This document shows positions 25,101-40,100 of a DNA stretch of 64,000 bases, in pieces. The position numbers were made by a program, and so were the translations under genes. The stretch's first letter is position 1. Every line of letters starts with the position of its first letter. The notes below the pieces were generated by a model, which made no database searches, was not told the DNA's origin, and worked only from the letters and a program-made list of their open reading frames with translations. This DNA is from Perna viridis (Eukaryota). The stretch spans positions 434,001-498,000 of the forward strand of contig CM074522.1 in NCBI GenBank assembly GCA_037379345.1. The letters are read 5' to 3'.

Positions 25101-28100
25101 AATTAGGCATTGTTAAAAAGGGAATTTACTTTGTTCATTAGGTCTAATTAGGCATTGTTATAAAGGGACTTCTCTTTGTTCAGTTGGTCTAATTAGACAT
25201 TTTTATAAAGGGAATTCTCTTTGTTCAGTTGGTCCACTTCATATTTGAAGCTTGGTAACCAAAAACCTGTATAATCATAACACATCTTAATCAAATGCAT
25301 GTCTAATCCAAACATCTGTCTAAACCAAACACCTGTCTAATCCAAACACTTGTCACATCCAAACACCTATCTAATTCAAACATCTGTCTAATCCAAACAC
25401 ATATCTAATCCAAACACCTGTCTTATCCAAACACCTATCTAATCCAAACATCTGCCTAAACCAAACAACTGTCTAATCCAAACACATATTTAATCCAAAC
25501 ATCTGTCTAAACAAAACACATATTTAATCCAAACACCTGTCTTATCCAAACACCTATCTTATCCAAACATCTGTCTTAACCAAACACCTATCTAGTCCAA
25601 ACATCTGTCTTAATCAAACACCTGTCTAATCCAAACACATATCTAATCCAAACACCTGTCTTAAGCAAACATGTCTAATCAAAACACCTATCTAAACCAA
25701 ACACATGTCTAATTCAAACACTTGTCATATCAAAAACACCTATTTAATCCAAACACCTGTCTTATTCAAACACCTATCTAATCCAATTACCTGTCTTTAG
25801 CAAACATGTTTAATCCAAACACCTATCTGATCCAAACACTTGTATCAAAACACCTTTCTAATCCAATCACCTGTCTTAACCAAATGCATGTCTAATCCAA
25901 TCACCTGTCTTAACCAAATGCATGTCTAATCTAATCACCTGTCTTATCTAAACACCTGTCCAAACTTGACACCTATCTTAACCAAACCAATGTTCTAAAA
26001 GGTGTTTGGTTTAGACAGGTTTCACAGTAGTTTGTTGTATTCAGTGTCAAAATTAACTCACTATTATAATATTAGTATAGTATATAGGTCATTGAAAGTT
26101 TGTGTGAACAAATTTGTTTTCCTGATGTATGTTAATATAACTAACATGTATAAAATACCTTTTGGTTATAAGGTTAATATTATATTGTACACTTTTATTT
26201 TTCTAGGTCTATGCTTAAGCAAGCTCACTGGTATGGTATAGCATTTGGTTTAGGGCAGGGTGTAATATTTATGACATATGCTGGGGCATTTAGATTTGGT
26301 GCATGGCAGGTTGAGATTGGAGAGATGACAGCAGATAATGTATTCAAGTAAGTAGATATATCACCGTCCTAATTCTAAGTTTGTACCTTATACATAGTAT
26401 TTTCCTAGCATACTTTTTTCTACTGTCCCACATGAAGTAGCAAAGTTTTGTTTGATACCTTCAAAAAGTTGTGTGTCCATCCCTTGACAGTTTCCAAATG
26501 ATAACAGATATTGATGGGTCTTTTTCAAACTTTCTATACTCAATGAGTATATAAAATACATATTATGGTTGAATTTCAGTTATTTGCACGTAAGTTATTG
26601 GAATTTTAAGTTATTTTTACTCCCAAAAATGTTTTACAACCTGGCAGGGTATCATTTATTGTCCCATTAGATGTTATTTTTTTAGTTTTTTGTGGTTGAC
26701 AAGAAAGTTTGAATATGATGGGATAATGTCAAATAGGTTATACATTTGTTATACATGATAACCATACTATGATGTTTGTATGCTATTTATTTATTATTTT
26801 TTACATTTTTATTTTCTTGTGTCTAGTTTTATGGTATTGAACTAATTTATCAACTTTGCCTAGTTTGACCTGACTGTTGTATTACAATTCACCGTAAAAG
26901 ATGTAACATAATGAAAATGGTGTAAAATTTGTTTAACTCATCATTTCCATAGGTGTTTACTTACACAGATTTTCCGTATTTTCTACAAATTATGACTGCA
27001 AATCACACTCTACAGATTGTGAATATCTCCATAGTCCCTTTGTTGAAATTTCACAAAGTTCAGGATTTTACGGATCATTTCCATAGATTAAGGTAAAAAT
27101 ACAAATTGTCATCAAGTAGTATACACAGATCTGCATTTCAATCACAAATGCCTTTACTAAGTCAGGACCATTATGGTTATTTCCAACTTTGGTTTATGCT
27201 TTTGATGTCATTTGTTATATGGGCTTTCTTTTTTGACTGTTGACTAGGTAACTTTATAACTCCTTTTTTGACTATTGACTAGGTAGCTTTATAAATCCTT
27301 TTTTGACTATTGACTAGGTAACTTCATAACTCCTTTTTGACTATTGACTAGGTAACTTTATAACTCCTTTTTTGACTATTGACTAGGTAACTTTATAACT
27401 CCTTTTTTTATTAACTATTTGTAATTGTATTGACTAATATTCTTCTATGAATTACCTCCCTTTAGTTGACATTGATGTAGCTGCTGAAAATAATCTTAAA
27501 TTGTATGAAACACTTCAAGAAACAATCAAATCTGAACTCTACAGACTTTAACTAAAGGAAAGGGATAAATCACTCTGTGGTGAGGCATAAAAAACAACAA
27601 TACTTCATATTGATAAATTTTATTTTCAGATAATGCTCCAGGCATTAGCACAAAAAATTGCACAATTCATATAATTTTATATCTATACTTTTAAACATAA
27701 AATATTCAGAAGAAGTAGTTCTTGGCTTTCCAGTCAAATTTTGTTTCGATTAATGTAATTATGAACTTATTGGATTTCACATGTTAATCAGAGTTATTGA
27801 TTATTGAAAAAAATTAAATCAGAATTTGGTTATCTTACTAAAACATTTATAGTATATGCATGTATTAATAGAAGGAAACTGTGATAGATCTATTTCTAGA
27901 ATCATTTTTTTTCTAAAACCATAAAATTGATTTCTTAAAAAAAATATAGATACATCATCATGAGATCAAACCTGGGTCTCCTATAAAATTCATCAAATCC
28001 TTGAACTTGTCCTCATATCTTCAATTTCAAGGGATCTAATTGATTGAGTTGTGAATCTCAATCTGAGGGTTTTCATAAAGCTGGACTCTGGTTACATTGA

Positions 28101-31100
28101 ACATATGGATTATATAAAATAGTAAAACTTTAGACTTGTTACCAAATCATTAACATATGTCAGAGTTAATTAAGAAGACAACGTTTACAGAGAAAATGAC
28201 CACATGGAATTGTAAGATGCTGTTCTTTGGGTCAATATGATTTAATAAATATGCACATGAATTGTCTTTGCATGACAGCTTATATTTAGAGTCTTGGGAA
28301 AGCGGAATGGCTGATATGATAAATATGAACTAAGAATTTGCATTGCACATCAGCAAAAATTGGCTTACATTGTTCCTGTTGCAACTGACAACCATGATAT
28401 ATCTATATATATGTATGCACATATGTTAAAAAGTTGCATTGATTTGAACATGGACAGATAATACTAAAGCACCATGAAATATAAATATATTAACCCAAAG
28501 GGTAGAAATCAAATCAACCCACGGTATGAAATAATATCAATCCAAAGGGGTGGTACATTTGAAGGGGGATGAATAATATGGTAGTCTAAAATATCGCTGC
28601 TTGGCATAAATACTCTCTTTAGGCATACATTTCACTCCATATATTTCGTGCCATTTAAATCACACTTAACATGGAATATACCTGGACTAAAATGACAAAC
28701 ATTTTTTTTGTATATTAAAACATTGAAAGAACAAACAATAATGATATTTTTCTTTTAAAACATGATAATCACAATAACAGTAAATGAATCTTTTTTATTG
28801 TAAAATACAACAGAGAAAAGCTATGGTAAAAGGGAGGTAATTCAATTATTTCTATCATGATGAAATGCCCATAAAATCATATAATTTTAATCAGGTCAGA
28901 ATTGTTATGATTGTGACCTGTATGAAGATAAAAGAAGTGATCCATGAAAAAAAATATAAAGATATGGTTTCGTTGATAAGAATGTGATTTAAAAAAAACA
29001 GATCAGAATCTTGTTTTACAAAATTTAGTTGTATAATTATGATTTAAAAACAGTATAAAACTTCTGTAAACATACCTAGGAATGTTTTGCTTGGTTCAGC
29101 TATGTGTCGTAAAAATAAAAAACTTTTATTTGTCCAAAGGACACTGTTAAGATGACTAGAAAATTCACATTTAAATGTTACAAGTAAAATGTTTTACATT
29201 TTTGTCAAAAGTACTCCAGTCATTGACAGTAAGACAATATAAAACATTGGGAACTAATGGATGATTTAGGTATCAAATCATTTTATGATTAATCACAAAA
29301 AATGTTACCACCCGATATATAAAAGTACTGATGAAACCCAGTTCTGCATTTATGTATGTCATCTTTTAATGATTAAGTCACTACATCAAACACCAACATC
29401 ATCTTGAATAACATTAAAATTAAGCTTATTTATTGGTGTTAATTTGGAGGTACAAAAACAATTAACCACATAATCCCATTAACTCAGTTTTAACAAAAGA
29501 TTCAGCAACATAAATAATATCTGTTACCATGGTTACATTGTACTTGACTTTGTTGAAGAACCATTGTTTGTGGGGTACCAGTTTTTGGTGGATTTTTATC
29601 AGTTTGGTCAAACAAGGAATTTAAATTTCCAAATCAGTGTAAAATTCCAATTGTCTAATTAAAGTTTTTACTTCATTCCATGAATTCAGAGTTTTTGTAG
29701 AACTCCACGAATTATTTGTGACATAAATTCATACTCACAAAAATCACAAAATCTGTGTTTAAGACATTTAAACATGATACTATTGTAACTCCTCATAAGC
29801 CATTTCAAACTCACTGTCATCTACAACAACTTTAAGTTTCATATCGCTCACACCAATTTCATCAAAAACTTGCTGAGAAAGAACCCATTTCTCAACCAAT
29901 GACACAATTTGCCCATTCTGTATGTCTGTTTTTAAGGATTTAAGTTGTGCTATCGACATAGAAATAGTCCCAATTACAAGACCGTGTTCTGTAAAAATAT
30001 GCAGCACCAGTGTTCCACGTTCTTGCTCAAAATACTTCACTATATCTAAATGTTGCTTGGATTTAAGTATTTCATAAAATTTTTGTTCGTAACTTTCAAA
30101 TGTTGGCCCTCGACTTTTCCACATGACACAGTGTTCAATTGGTTCCAAGTTTTCAAGCTTAAGAGAGTCACATGATGCAGTAACATTTGATGACCTATCA
30201 GAATTCACTCCAGTTTTAGTCCGATTTTTGGAATTCTCCTTATTATTTGGTTTCTTCCCAGCATGCTTTGCACCATTTTGTTGTTTCTTTTGACCTTTAT
30301 GCACTTCCTGTTTACCTTTAGAAGGAGAATCATGTTTATTTGTGGAATCACTAAGTCTTTCATTAGAAATGTCCCTCAATGGTGATTTAGTCCGAGAATG
30401 ATCGCAAGTAGATTTGGAGGGTTGAGTAGTTTTAGCACTATTGTTGGATTTTTTATCAGCACTGACCAGACGATAGTCTGTATAAATGTTAGAATTACTT
30501 GGGGTAGATGTGATTGGTTTTGGGGGTTGTAATACCTTCATTAGCAAGTCCTCAGAAGTGTCATTCCTTTTCCTTCGCTCAACATATTTACTTTGTGTCT
30601 TATCTAACTGTTTCCGCTTCTTCTTTTTACGAGGAACACAAAGACAAAAACAAAATCCTCTAGGTCTTTCATCATCGGTTTCTGCCTCACTTTCATATGA
30701 ATAGTTCAACTTTCTACGACTTTTTGGTGACAAAAAATTTTCAGGATCATCAATTAAAGTCATATCTGCATAAGATTTGTGCATACGTCGTGGGGTTCGT
30801 AAGATTCCATCAAAACATGAACTTTTTCTTTCCTTTTCAGGAGTGTCACCATGTTTCTCCTCAAATGAATCTCCTTCCTCCCATTTTGGGAAAACTGCTT
30901 TGATAGCATCCACTTGTATACTTAGAGTTATTTGCCCTTTGTGCCTTTGTTTTTCCAAGTAACCTGCAATGGAGATAAACCAATTAGTCTTTTAGTTTTG
31001 CAAGTCCAGTTCTTTTTATCATTGCAGATTGTGGTACAGAAATATAAACACATTGAAACATTTATTGAAGAATTCTAAAATATCTATTTTGGTGGGATTT

Positions 31101-34100
31101 TCTGTAAAGGTTACAACAATGAATGCTATTTTTTGTAAAGATGAAACAACTAGAATAATAATTGTTCAGAATAATTTCTAACTTTTTGTTAAAACAATTA
31201 CTGATGTGTTGTACAATGAAATACTTGATGTGTGTATTGTGTGCAGAGTCAGTATCTGCTGTTTAGAATAGTTTTTTTCTTACCATTGAATTTTTTTGTC
31301 ATTGTCATTAATTTCTCACGAACCAAAGTTAATTTATAGCATTCGTTTAAATGAACTGACCTTTTCCGTAAGTAGGTTTTATCCTATGCTTGTCAAGAGA
31401 ACTCGCTAGTGTCAGTTGTCCCGACTGTCGCAAGGCATTGATGAAGAGGCCAATTGCCGAACTTCCTGTAGATTCAAGGTGATTGAGCAGGGCAGTATTC
31501 CTCTGTTCACGGTTATTCTCTTGTAAGATGTTGTCACATGTTTGGTCATCCAGGGCACCATGTTGAATCAGGTAGTCTAAGATGGCTTCTGAATCAAGTG
31601 ACTGGATTAAGTCTTGTCTATTGGTCAATTGTTCTGTTAGCATGGCAACAGATTGTCAGGTGACATCAAACATCAGGAAAATATGACTAGAAAGAGGATC
31701 CTGTGTGAATGTGACCTGAAAAATAAGAAGTAATTTCATTTTATTAGAAATTGAAGAAATATGAACAGTATTATTTTCAGTCAGAAGTTTACAAGGATGT
31801 GACCATAAAAATCCATAACATGAAACTGAACCATTGAGAATATACAAACTTTACTTAGGACATGATCTTCTTGTAGTACTACTAAAACCTTGTGATCCTA
31901 AAATAGGATTAAACCATTACAGTTTATAGGATAATCTGATAGTAATAGAATGGATTAACCCTCTTTGGTTAGCCTTCTCCACATTGTAAGGAAATGCTAA
32001 ATAATGGTATATCAAATAGACTTTTAATAAACAACTTTCATTGTACTTGTGCAGTGAATAAATGAAAAAAAAAAAAAAACTTATCTTCAATCTGTGAAAC
32101 AAATATTTAGATTGAATTGGCCTTAATGAGTTATATTTTACCTCATGAATGTTCAGTAGGTGCCAGAAAGCTTTGTTAATATATGTCAAGAGGTTCACCA
32201 CATCAAGAACCTCAGTGTTATGTAACTACTATGTCTGTCAAGTTCAAAGCCACCCAGGAGATGGGTTTTGTATTATGAAACACCTAGTAGTGTGATAAAG
32301 CTCTACCTTGAAGAACTGACCTAGTTAACTACATGTAATAATGCTACCAAACTATCCTTTTTCTTCTTTCATGTACATATTATGACCAATTAAGATTAAT
32401 GAATGATAATTATAACAATTAATTACATTACCTGTCTATCAGAGTATATATGCCAATACACAAATTACATCCCAATACACTAAATATAATCTATAATTTG
32501 TAAAATTTAATCACAAGCTAAGAGATACCCTGAGTAAACATCCATAGATAATATAGTTGTCACAAGACCTGGTTTGTCATAATCTGACAATGTCATTTCC
32601 CTAGCATTCTGTGTGTGATTTGGGAATTTCACACCATTATAAATCATGGTGAATGATACTGAGTAACCCCCCTTGATTATAAGGCTCTTTAAGAAAAGCT
32701 TTGGCCATTTATATGTATATCATCATGTCCAATATTTAATATGGTCCAGATTTATCTTTGATATGTCTGAAGTTCAAACATATAATAACAAAAGTCATTT
32801 TATCATGAACTGTTGATTCTAATGTCGGACAGATTGCATAGATCATCCACAGAGAAAATGTTCATTTATGTGCATGTGCTCAAACTGAGGGGCATGTTCA
32901 TATATTCTGAAGAATTTAATTTAACTCAACATTGATGGGGTGAATCTTATTGGACAGACACCAGTCTAAAACATTAAATATATTACAGGACCAAAAGTTC
33001 TCAAATCAACTAAATTAAAAGACAATTTATCTACATTTTCCCCCTACCAGTACAATATCAATCTGACAAGCTCCTATTACATGTGCTTGTAAGACCCAGT
33101 ATTACCCTAGTGGTAAGGGTACAAGCACCTGTTACATGGACTTGAAGGACCCAGTTTTATCCTGGCGGTAGGGGTACAAGCACCTGATACATGTACTTAT
33201 AAGACCCAGTATTACCCTAGCGGTAGGGTACAAGCACCTGTTACATGTACTTGTAAGACCCAGTATTACCCTAGAGCACCTGTTACATGTACTTGTAAGA
33301 ACCAGTATTCCCCTAGTGGTAGGGGTACAAGCACCTGTTACATGTACAAGTAAGACCCAGTATTCCCCTAGTGGTAGAAGGCACAAGCACCTGTTACTTG
33401 TACTTGTAAGACCCAGTATTACCCTAGTGGTAGGATACAAGCACCTGTTACATGTACTTGTAAGACCCAGTATTACCCTATTGATAGGGGGTACAAGCAC
33501 CTGTTAGATGCACTTGTAAGACCCAGTGTTACCCTGTTGATAGGGGGTACAAGCACCTGTTAGATGCACTTGTAAGACCCAGTATTACCCTAGTGGTAGG
33601 GGTACAAGCACCTGTTGTAAGACCCAGTATTACCCTAGTGGTAGGGGGTACAAGCACCTGTTAGACGTACTTGTAAGACCCAGTATTCCCCAAGTGGTAG
33701 AATGTACAAGCACCTGTTACATGGACTTGTAAGACCCAGTATTACCCTAGTGGTAGGAAACAAGCACCTGTTACATGTACTTGTAAGACCCAGTATTCCC
33801 CTAGTGGTAGAAGGTAGAAGCACCTGTTACATGTACTTGTAAGACCCAGTATTACCCTAATGGTAGGAAACAAGCACCTGTTACATGTACTTGTAAGACC
33901 CAGTATTACCCTGGTGGTAGGGGTACAAGCATCTGTTAGATGTACTTGTAAAACCCAGTATTACCCTATTGATAGTGGGTACAAGCACCTTATAGATGCA
34001 CTTGTAAGACCCAGTATTCCCCTAGTGGTAGAAGGTACAAGCACCTGTTACATGTACTTGTAAGACCCAGTATTACCCTAGTGGTAGGATACAAGCACCT

Positions 34101-37100
34101 GTTACATGTACTTGTAAGACCCAGTATTACCCTAGTGGTTGGGGTACAAGCACCTATTAGATGCACTTGTAAGACCCAGTATTACCCTATTGATAGGGGG
34201 TACAAGCACCTGTTAGATGCACTTGTAAGACCCAGTATTACCCTAGTGGTAGGGATACAAGCACCTGTTGTAAGACCCAGTATTACCCTAGTGGTAGGGG
34301 GTACCAGCACCTGTTACATGTACTTGTAAGACCCACAATTACCCTAGTGGTAGGGGGTAGAGGTTGTAATTGGAAGTCTGTTGATTGTACAGCTGGTTAT
34401 ATAGACTATGTACAAATTTAACTTTGTCAAACTGAATATTAGATTGAAAACTTTCATTTCTTTTATTCACCTTCTTTTATTTCATTTATTTGATGTTCAA
34501 CAAAAGAAAAATAGTCACAGGATGCATTGAGATGTCAGTAAGATGTTTATACAGTTTAAAAAATGTGATGTCACTTGTAGACATTTAAATGTAGTTTTGA
34601 AATAAAAGTAGGTTGGGTAAATATACTTTTTTACATTGACTCGTCATTAGAGATTTAGTATATCAATAGACTATTGTACCAGGAGAGCAGTGTGAGATCC
34701 CTATACATTTATTGCAGATACTTTCCCTATATACTGGCTAGAAACAATAAAACATAACCTCTGTGCTTGAGACTGTGAATTGTAACCTTCCTTAGGAGAA
34801 ACTCGGGAATTTAATTTTAACAGTCTATGGTGAAACCATGGAACTTAAGTATGACAGTCTATGGTAAAACCATGGAACTTATTTTTGACAGTCTATGGTC
34901 AAACCATGGAACTTATTTTTGACAGTCTTTATAGTGAAACCATGGAACTTAAGTTTGACAGCCATGGATATTTAACATCTTTCTAGTACTAGATTGGTCT
35001 TGCCATTATGCTGACATATTAAGTCTTCTTGAATTCTCATGAGACTCAAATATTTTCAAGCTATTTTCCTTTGATCTTTCAAAATCTGACCAAATCTCAT
35101 GCATTTCAATCTTGATAGTTTGACAGACATGCATATGTTCTGAAATCAATTTATATCAGTTTCATTAAACAGCCACCTACCTACATTAGGGTGATCGTTC
35201 CTATAGAGGATACACTGTGTTGTTATGTTTTTCTATCAGTAAGTTATATAATCATTGTATATCATTAGATTGGAAAAATACCTGATAGAATATTTATTTT
35301 GAGATATTAAATGACGTCTGAGATGTACTGCAAATACTGTTGTCCTTATTTTCATGGCAACAACTTAACAGATTGTACTGATGTAAAATGTACTGGGAAG
35401 TGGTGTACTAAATGGGTGGATAGAGAGGGTCAATTAGGGAAGGAGGAGGATGTTAAAGCATCGAATAAGGAGGGTAACTGAGGAATGGAATGGATAAAGG
35501 ATAATAAAGGGTCAAGTATGGAGGGTAACTGAGGATTGGAATGGATGAAGGATATTAAAGGGGTGAATATGGAGTGTAACTGAGGAATGGTATGGATAAA
35601 GGATATTAAAGGGATGAATATGGAGGGTAGTGTAAAATAGATGGTTAGAAGGAAGGCAACTCTTTGATTGAACCTAAATAGATAGAATTACCCCTCTACA
35701 CTTCTGAAATTTTTCTTCCAATATTTGATATATGCATTTCATTTTTTGAACTTTTTATCTTTCTTAACTTCCGCAATTTGAATCGAAGTTGGTTTCAAGG
35801 AACTTTATGATAGAGAAAGGTTGTGTAGAAATGCTTGTTGGAAAAGTCTCTATATTTCTTTGAGAAAACCATCCTGCCTTTAATTCAGAATGATATACTC
35901 ATGATACTACCACTATCATAGTAAAAATTTGTCATAAGAAAGGGTTATGACCCTATATATTAGAACCTAGTCTAACTTAAGTATTGTATCCAACTAAGAG
36001 ATATACAGAATAAATCTATTGATAAAAGTATTCAATCAAAATGTGTAAGACTCATATACAGCACTGTTTTCATTAATGCATTGAAAAAAAAAACAAGAAT
36101 TCAAATAGCAAGCTCTAAATGAACAAAGTCTGAGTGTTGTAATTTCCTGACTATACCACTATGAACTGAATGGCCGATGTATCAATACATTAAAATCACG
36201 ATGTATAAACTTTAATGAACTTTTCATGTCAATAGAAGATCTAGAAATACAAAAAAACAGTTGTTAAATTACTAATAACAGTATCAAATATCTTCAGGAA
36301 ACAAAAAGGAATAAAATTACCTTAAGATCAATAATGTCGCTGTTCACTGCCTCACATGCAGTAACACATTAGTAAGATGTAATCATGAGAAATCAATAAC
36401 TACATGTAACTCCTACATAAAACACTTCCCCAATCTTCTAGATTGTTTACATAGATTTTTGGAGGGTGGCCTAGGGGCATGGGGGGGATTCATGCAAATG
36501 GGGGGGGGGGGTAGAAATTGATAACTACATGTAACTCCTATATGTATAACTTCCATAATGGTCTAGACTGTTCACATACATTTTTGGAGGGTGGCCTGGA
36601 GGCATGGGGGGGATTCATCTCAAATGGGGGAAGAAGAAATTGATAACTACATGTAATTCCTACTTGTATCACTTCCCTAATGATCTAGACTGTTTACATA
36701 GATTATTGGGGGTGGCAATCAAAAACTACTTAAACTCTTGGTTTATACTGCATGGGGAAAATGATTTAAAGATTGAGGTTTGGTTAACAGTAGTTAACAC
36801 TGATTTGGAAAAAGGGGACATCTGGCAAAGTGAAATCCTGTAAACATATTTATTTAAGCAATGGACAGGAATGCATGGTAAACAGTACCAACAAAATTGA
36901 TTTTTTACACTATGTAGTGCCCATCATTTTTTTGAAACTGCAAAATATTGATACCTGCAACCATGTTCACTTGACAGAATTTGTGAGAATAAGCAACCTT
37001 GAATATTATTCTGTTAACAGTTAACAGTATTTCCCAGTCTGGACCTAATAGCAATAGAGGTAGGGGATAAGGATTATAAGGGAAATGTAAGTGAGATAGG

Positions 37101-40100
37101 GGTTACTGCTCACTAGACAGCATACAGTCATACTCTTCTTGTGTAAATGAGTAGATCTGAAGGTGTGCTGCCATAAACTAAGGGTGTGAGAACATGTTAA
37201 ACTAAGCATAAATCATCAGGTAATTGGAGAGCTTGAAAAGCTGGCTTGGATTGGGGTAACTTGAGATGTAGAAAGAGTAAAAATTAGTAGGATTCCTGAT
37301 GGTAATGATGTTGGAAAAATATTGCAGTGCATTGAGTGAAAATTTGATAAATTAAGATAGGGTGGTGTGTAGATATTGCCAAAAAAACTAACAATAATCC
37401 ATTTTGGTCTTAAGGCTTAAGGAATACAGTATGAGAAAATTTATGACAAAAACAATGAGTGAAAAAGATATTTGAAAGAAAACTGAAATCATGAATCTTT
37501 ATGTCTGATCAACATGAATACAGTTGATACCGGTAGATGAAAAATCATATTATGAGGAAAAAGTTCCTGCTAAATAAAAAAAAACTAACCTGAAATTATG
37601 GTGTTACACGACATTACACAAGTATCCAACAGTTGACTTTGTTAAGTGTAATTTTTTTCTTTCCCTGGGGCAGCATAAGAAACAATTAATATTAACACCT
37701 ACTGAACTAATCATAATCATGATTGTGTAATAATTACTAATGATTTGGATGATAAATGTAATTATCACACTTATAATTGGTACCCATTGTCATGTCATTA
37801 GAATTTGAAATAAGGGTACTAAAATAGAAAGAGTTTTAGGTGACATTGAGAAGTAATTAAGCCAAAATGGTCTCAGGTTTTAAATTTACATTTAAAAGTT
37901 TTTGAAAACATTTGTTTTTGTACATAACAAAATAGTAATTATTAAAAAAAATGCAAATCTAAATAGAATCAGAACTTAATTCAGAAATATCACCAGATAT
38001 TTTTGTGATGACATTTGATACTAAGGTATCAAGTTTTAGCTTTTGGTTAACCAGTTACTACTCTGAGGATTAAAGATTTAGTAAGATGTAGAAGTTTAAA
38101 AAAGAAAAGCTTTCCAGAAGACTTCAAGACTCCTAACTTTGTCTATAACTATAAAAAAAGAAAAGAAAAAGTACAAAAGTGCCAATGAAAAGAAGAGTAT
38201 TAAAGAGGGAAACACCATAGAAAAAAATATGTTTGAGAACATGTAAACTGACATGAACAAACAAAGAGACAGACAAAAATAAAAATACACATAGTGATGA
38301 ATAACTTACATAATTACATTTGATACATATGACTGATGGCATGGGTAAAGAGACATCCATATTGAAACTACAAATCTTCTGTAAATTCTTGTATCCAATC
38401 TCTCATGTTTCTACTTGAATTATAAAATACCTTAATTCACCTAACATTGTACATTTTATACACTCCCGAAGGGAGTGTTTATGGTTGTATTATCAACTTG
38501 GTTCTGTATACTTATGGCAAGAAAAAGCATCAATGTCCAGTTTGTACCTGCATTTTCAGGAGCTGAAAAACAGCATAATGGCAGCTTCATTTGCATATAC
38601 TTGTATATGTGCGATTCAGAGAGCCAAACCAGTCTCGGAAAATATTTGCTAGTTTCGATAATTAAATACAAATCGAATCATAGCTTTTCCAAGATAGGGT
38701 TGGCCTTATAGTCTGCAGTATGGCACTCAGATGTTTACGAAAATTATGTAATCAATATTACCCATAATTCTCTGGTCATAAAACTTGTGAAATGAAAATG
38801 AACCAAAACAAAACGAAACTAATCGATAAAAGAAAGAATCGAAACAAACCAATTCGATAAAATGAATCAAATCGTAATAGAAACATAAGTAAACGATATA
38901 AATCGAAAGAGAATAAAGCGGAACTAAATTGAATAAAAGAAATATTTTAAATTTCAAGAACCATAATGTATATCCGTGCCGGACAATTTGACCCAAAGTC
39001 ATTTTGGACAATGAAAACCAATAATTCCTTATGAATGCCGGCCATTTCGGCCAATAGACATATCAGACCATAACAATAAGTATAATGCGTTAGGACATAT
39101 ATCATTACAAAAATTACCATATTTGAAGGTTATAAGTATAAAATATCAAATCTGAGCTGACAACAGTTATCAAAGTTGTTTTTAATTAATGTTTCTTAAG
39201 GAGCGTTAAAAGGTTTCACCTTCATCATATTATCAGAAATATTCATAATACTTTTATAATATAAAAAAGATATAAGTTAAGAAATTACCAGGTAAGTCCT
39301 ATTTCACAACAGCATACAGTGACAAGGCACTCTACAAATCTTAAACTATCCATATTGTTGACATTGTCACAATTGAAGCCTTAACAAAATCTTCCTTAAT
39401 TGAAGTATGCTTACCTAAAAAAGCCACCATTTAAATTGATAATTATGTCTTAATATTAAAAGACTAACAGACTATACCTGAAAGAATGGAGGTAATCTCT
39501 GATGTGACATCCAACATTAAGTTTTAAAACTAAGTTAATTATGATATTGACATGACCAGCTTTATAGGTCTCCTTCAAGTTAATCCTTTATCCTCAATCA
39601 GTAAGTAAATGTCTGATAAAACCAACAGTTTTAATTCACCATAAAAATGGACATGACTAAATCCTTGTATTTTACCTTTGAAGTATACAGGTATAAATGA
39701 CAGGTATGAAAGTTCAATAAACCATGACCTTTGATCAGATGGTATCAATTCATTATTGATTGTTCTTTGGATAGCTGGAAATTCCAGAAATCTTATTTTA
39801 GATTTTATTCCCTTTTTAATCTTTATTTTTACCAGAAAACTGGATATTAGATTTTACATTTCAAAGAATGTACTATAAACCGACTTGTTGCATTTCAGGA
39901 TATCACCTCGATTCCACTACTATTTTTAAAATATCACAATTTATGCTCAGTTTAAACATATGTTGCATTATATAAATGAAGGGACTTATTAGAAGTGATT
40001 TTTGTCAGTCATTGTATCTTACTTGCAAAATAAACAAAATAAGGAGAAAAAAAAAATCTACTTCCAAAATAATTATATTTACAGTACCTAAGTCCAATTA

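Noticed and set aside
33132-34329. ORFs within the 55-bp repeat as extra exons of the nested gene
   Set aside because: Minisatellite translations; the CARD ATG has an in-frame upstream stop.
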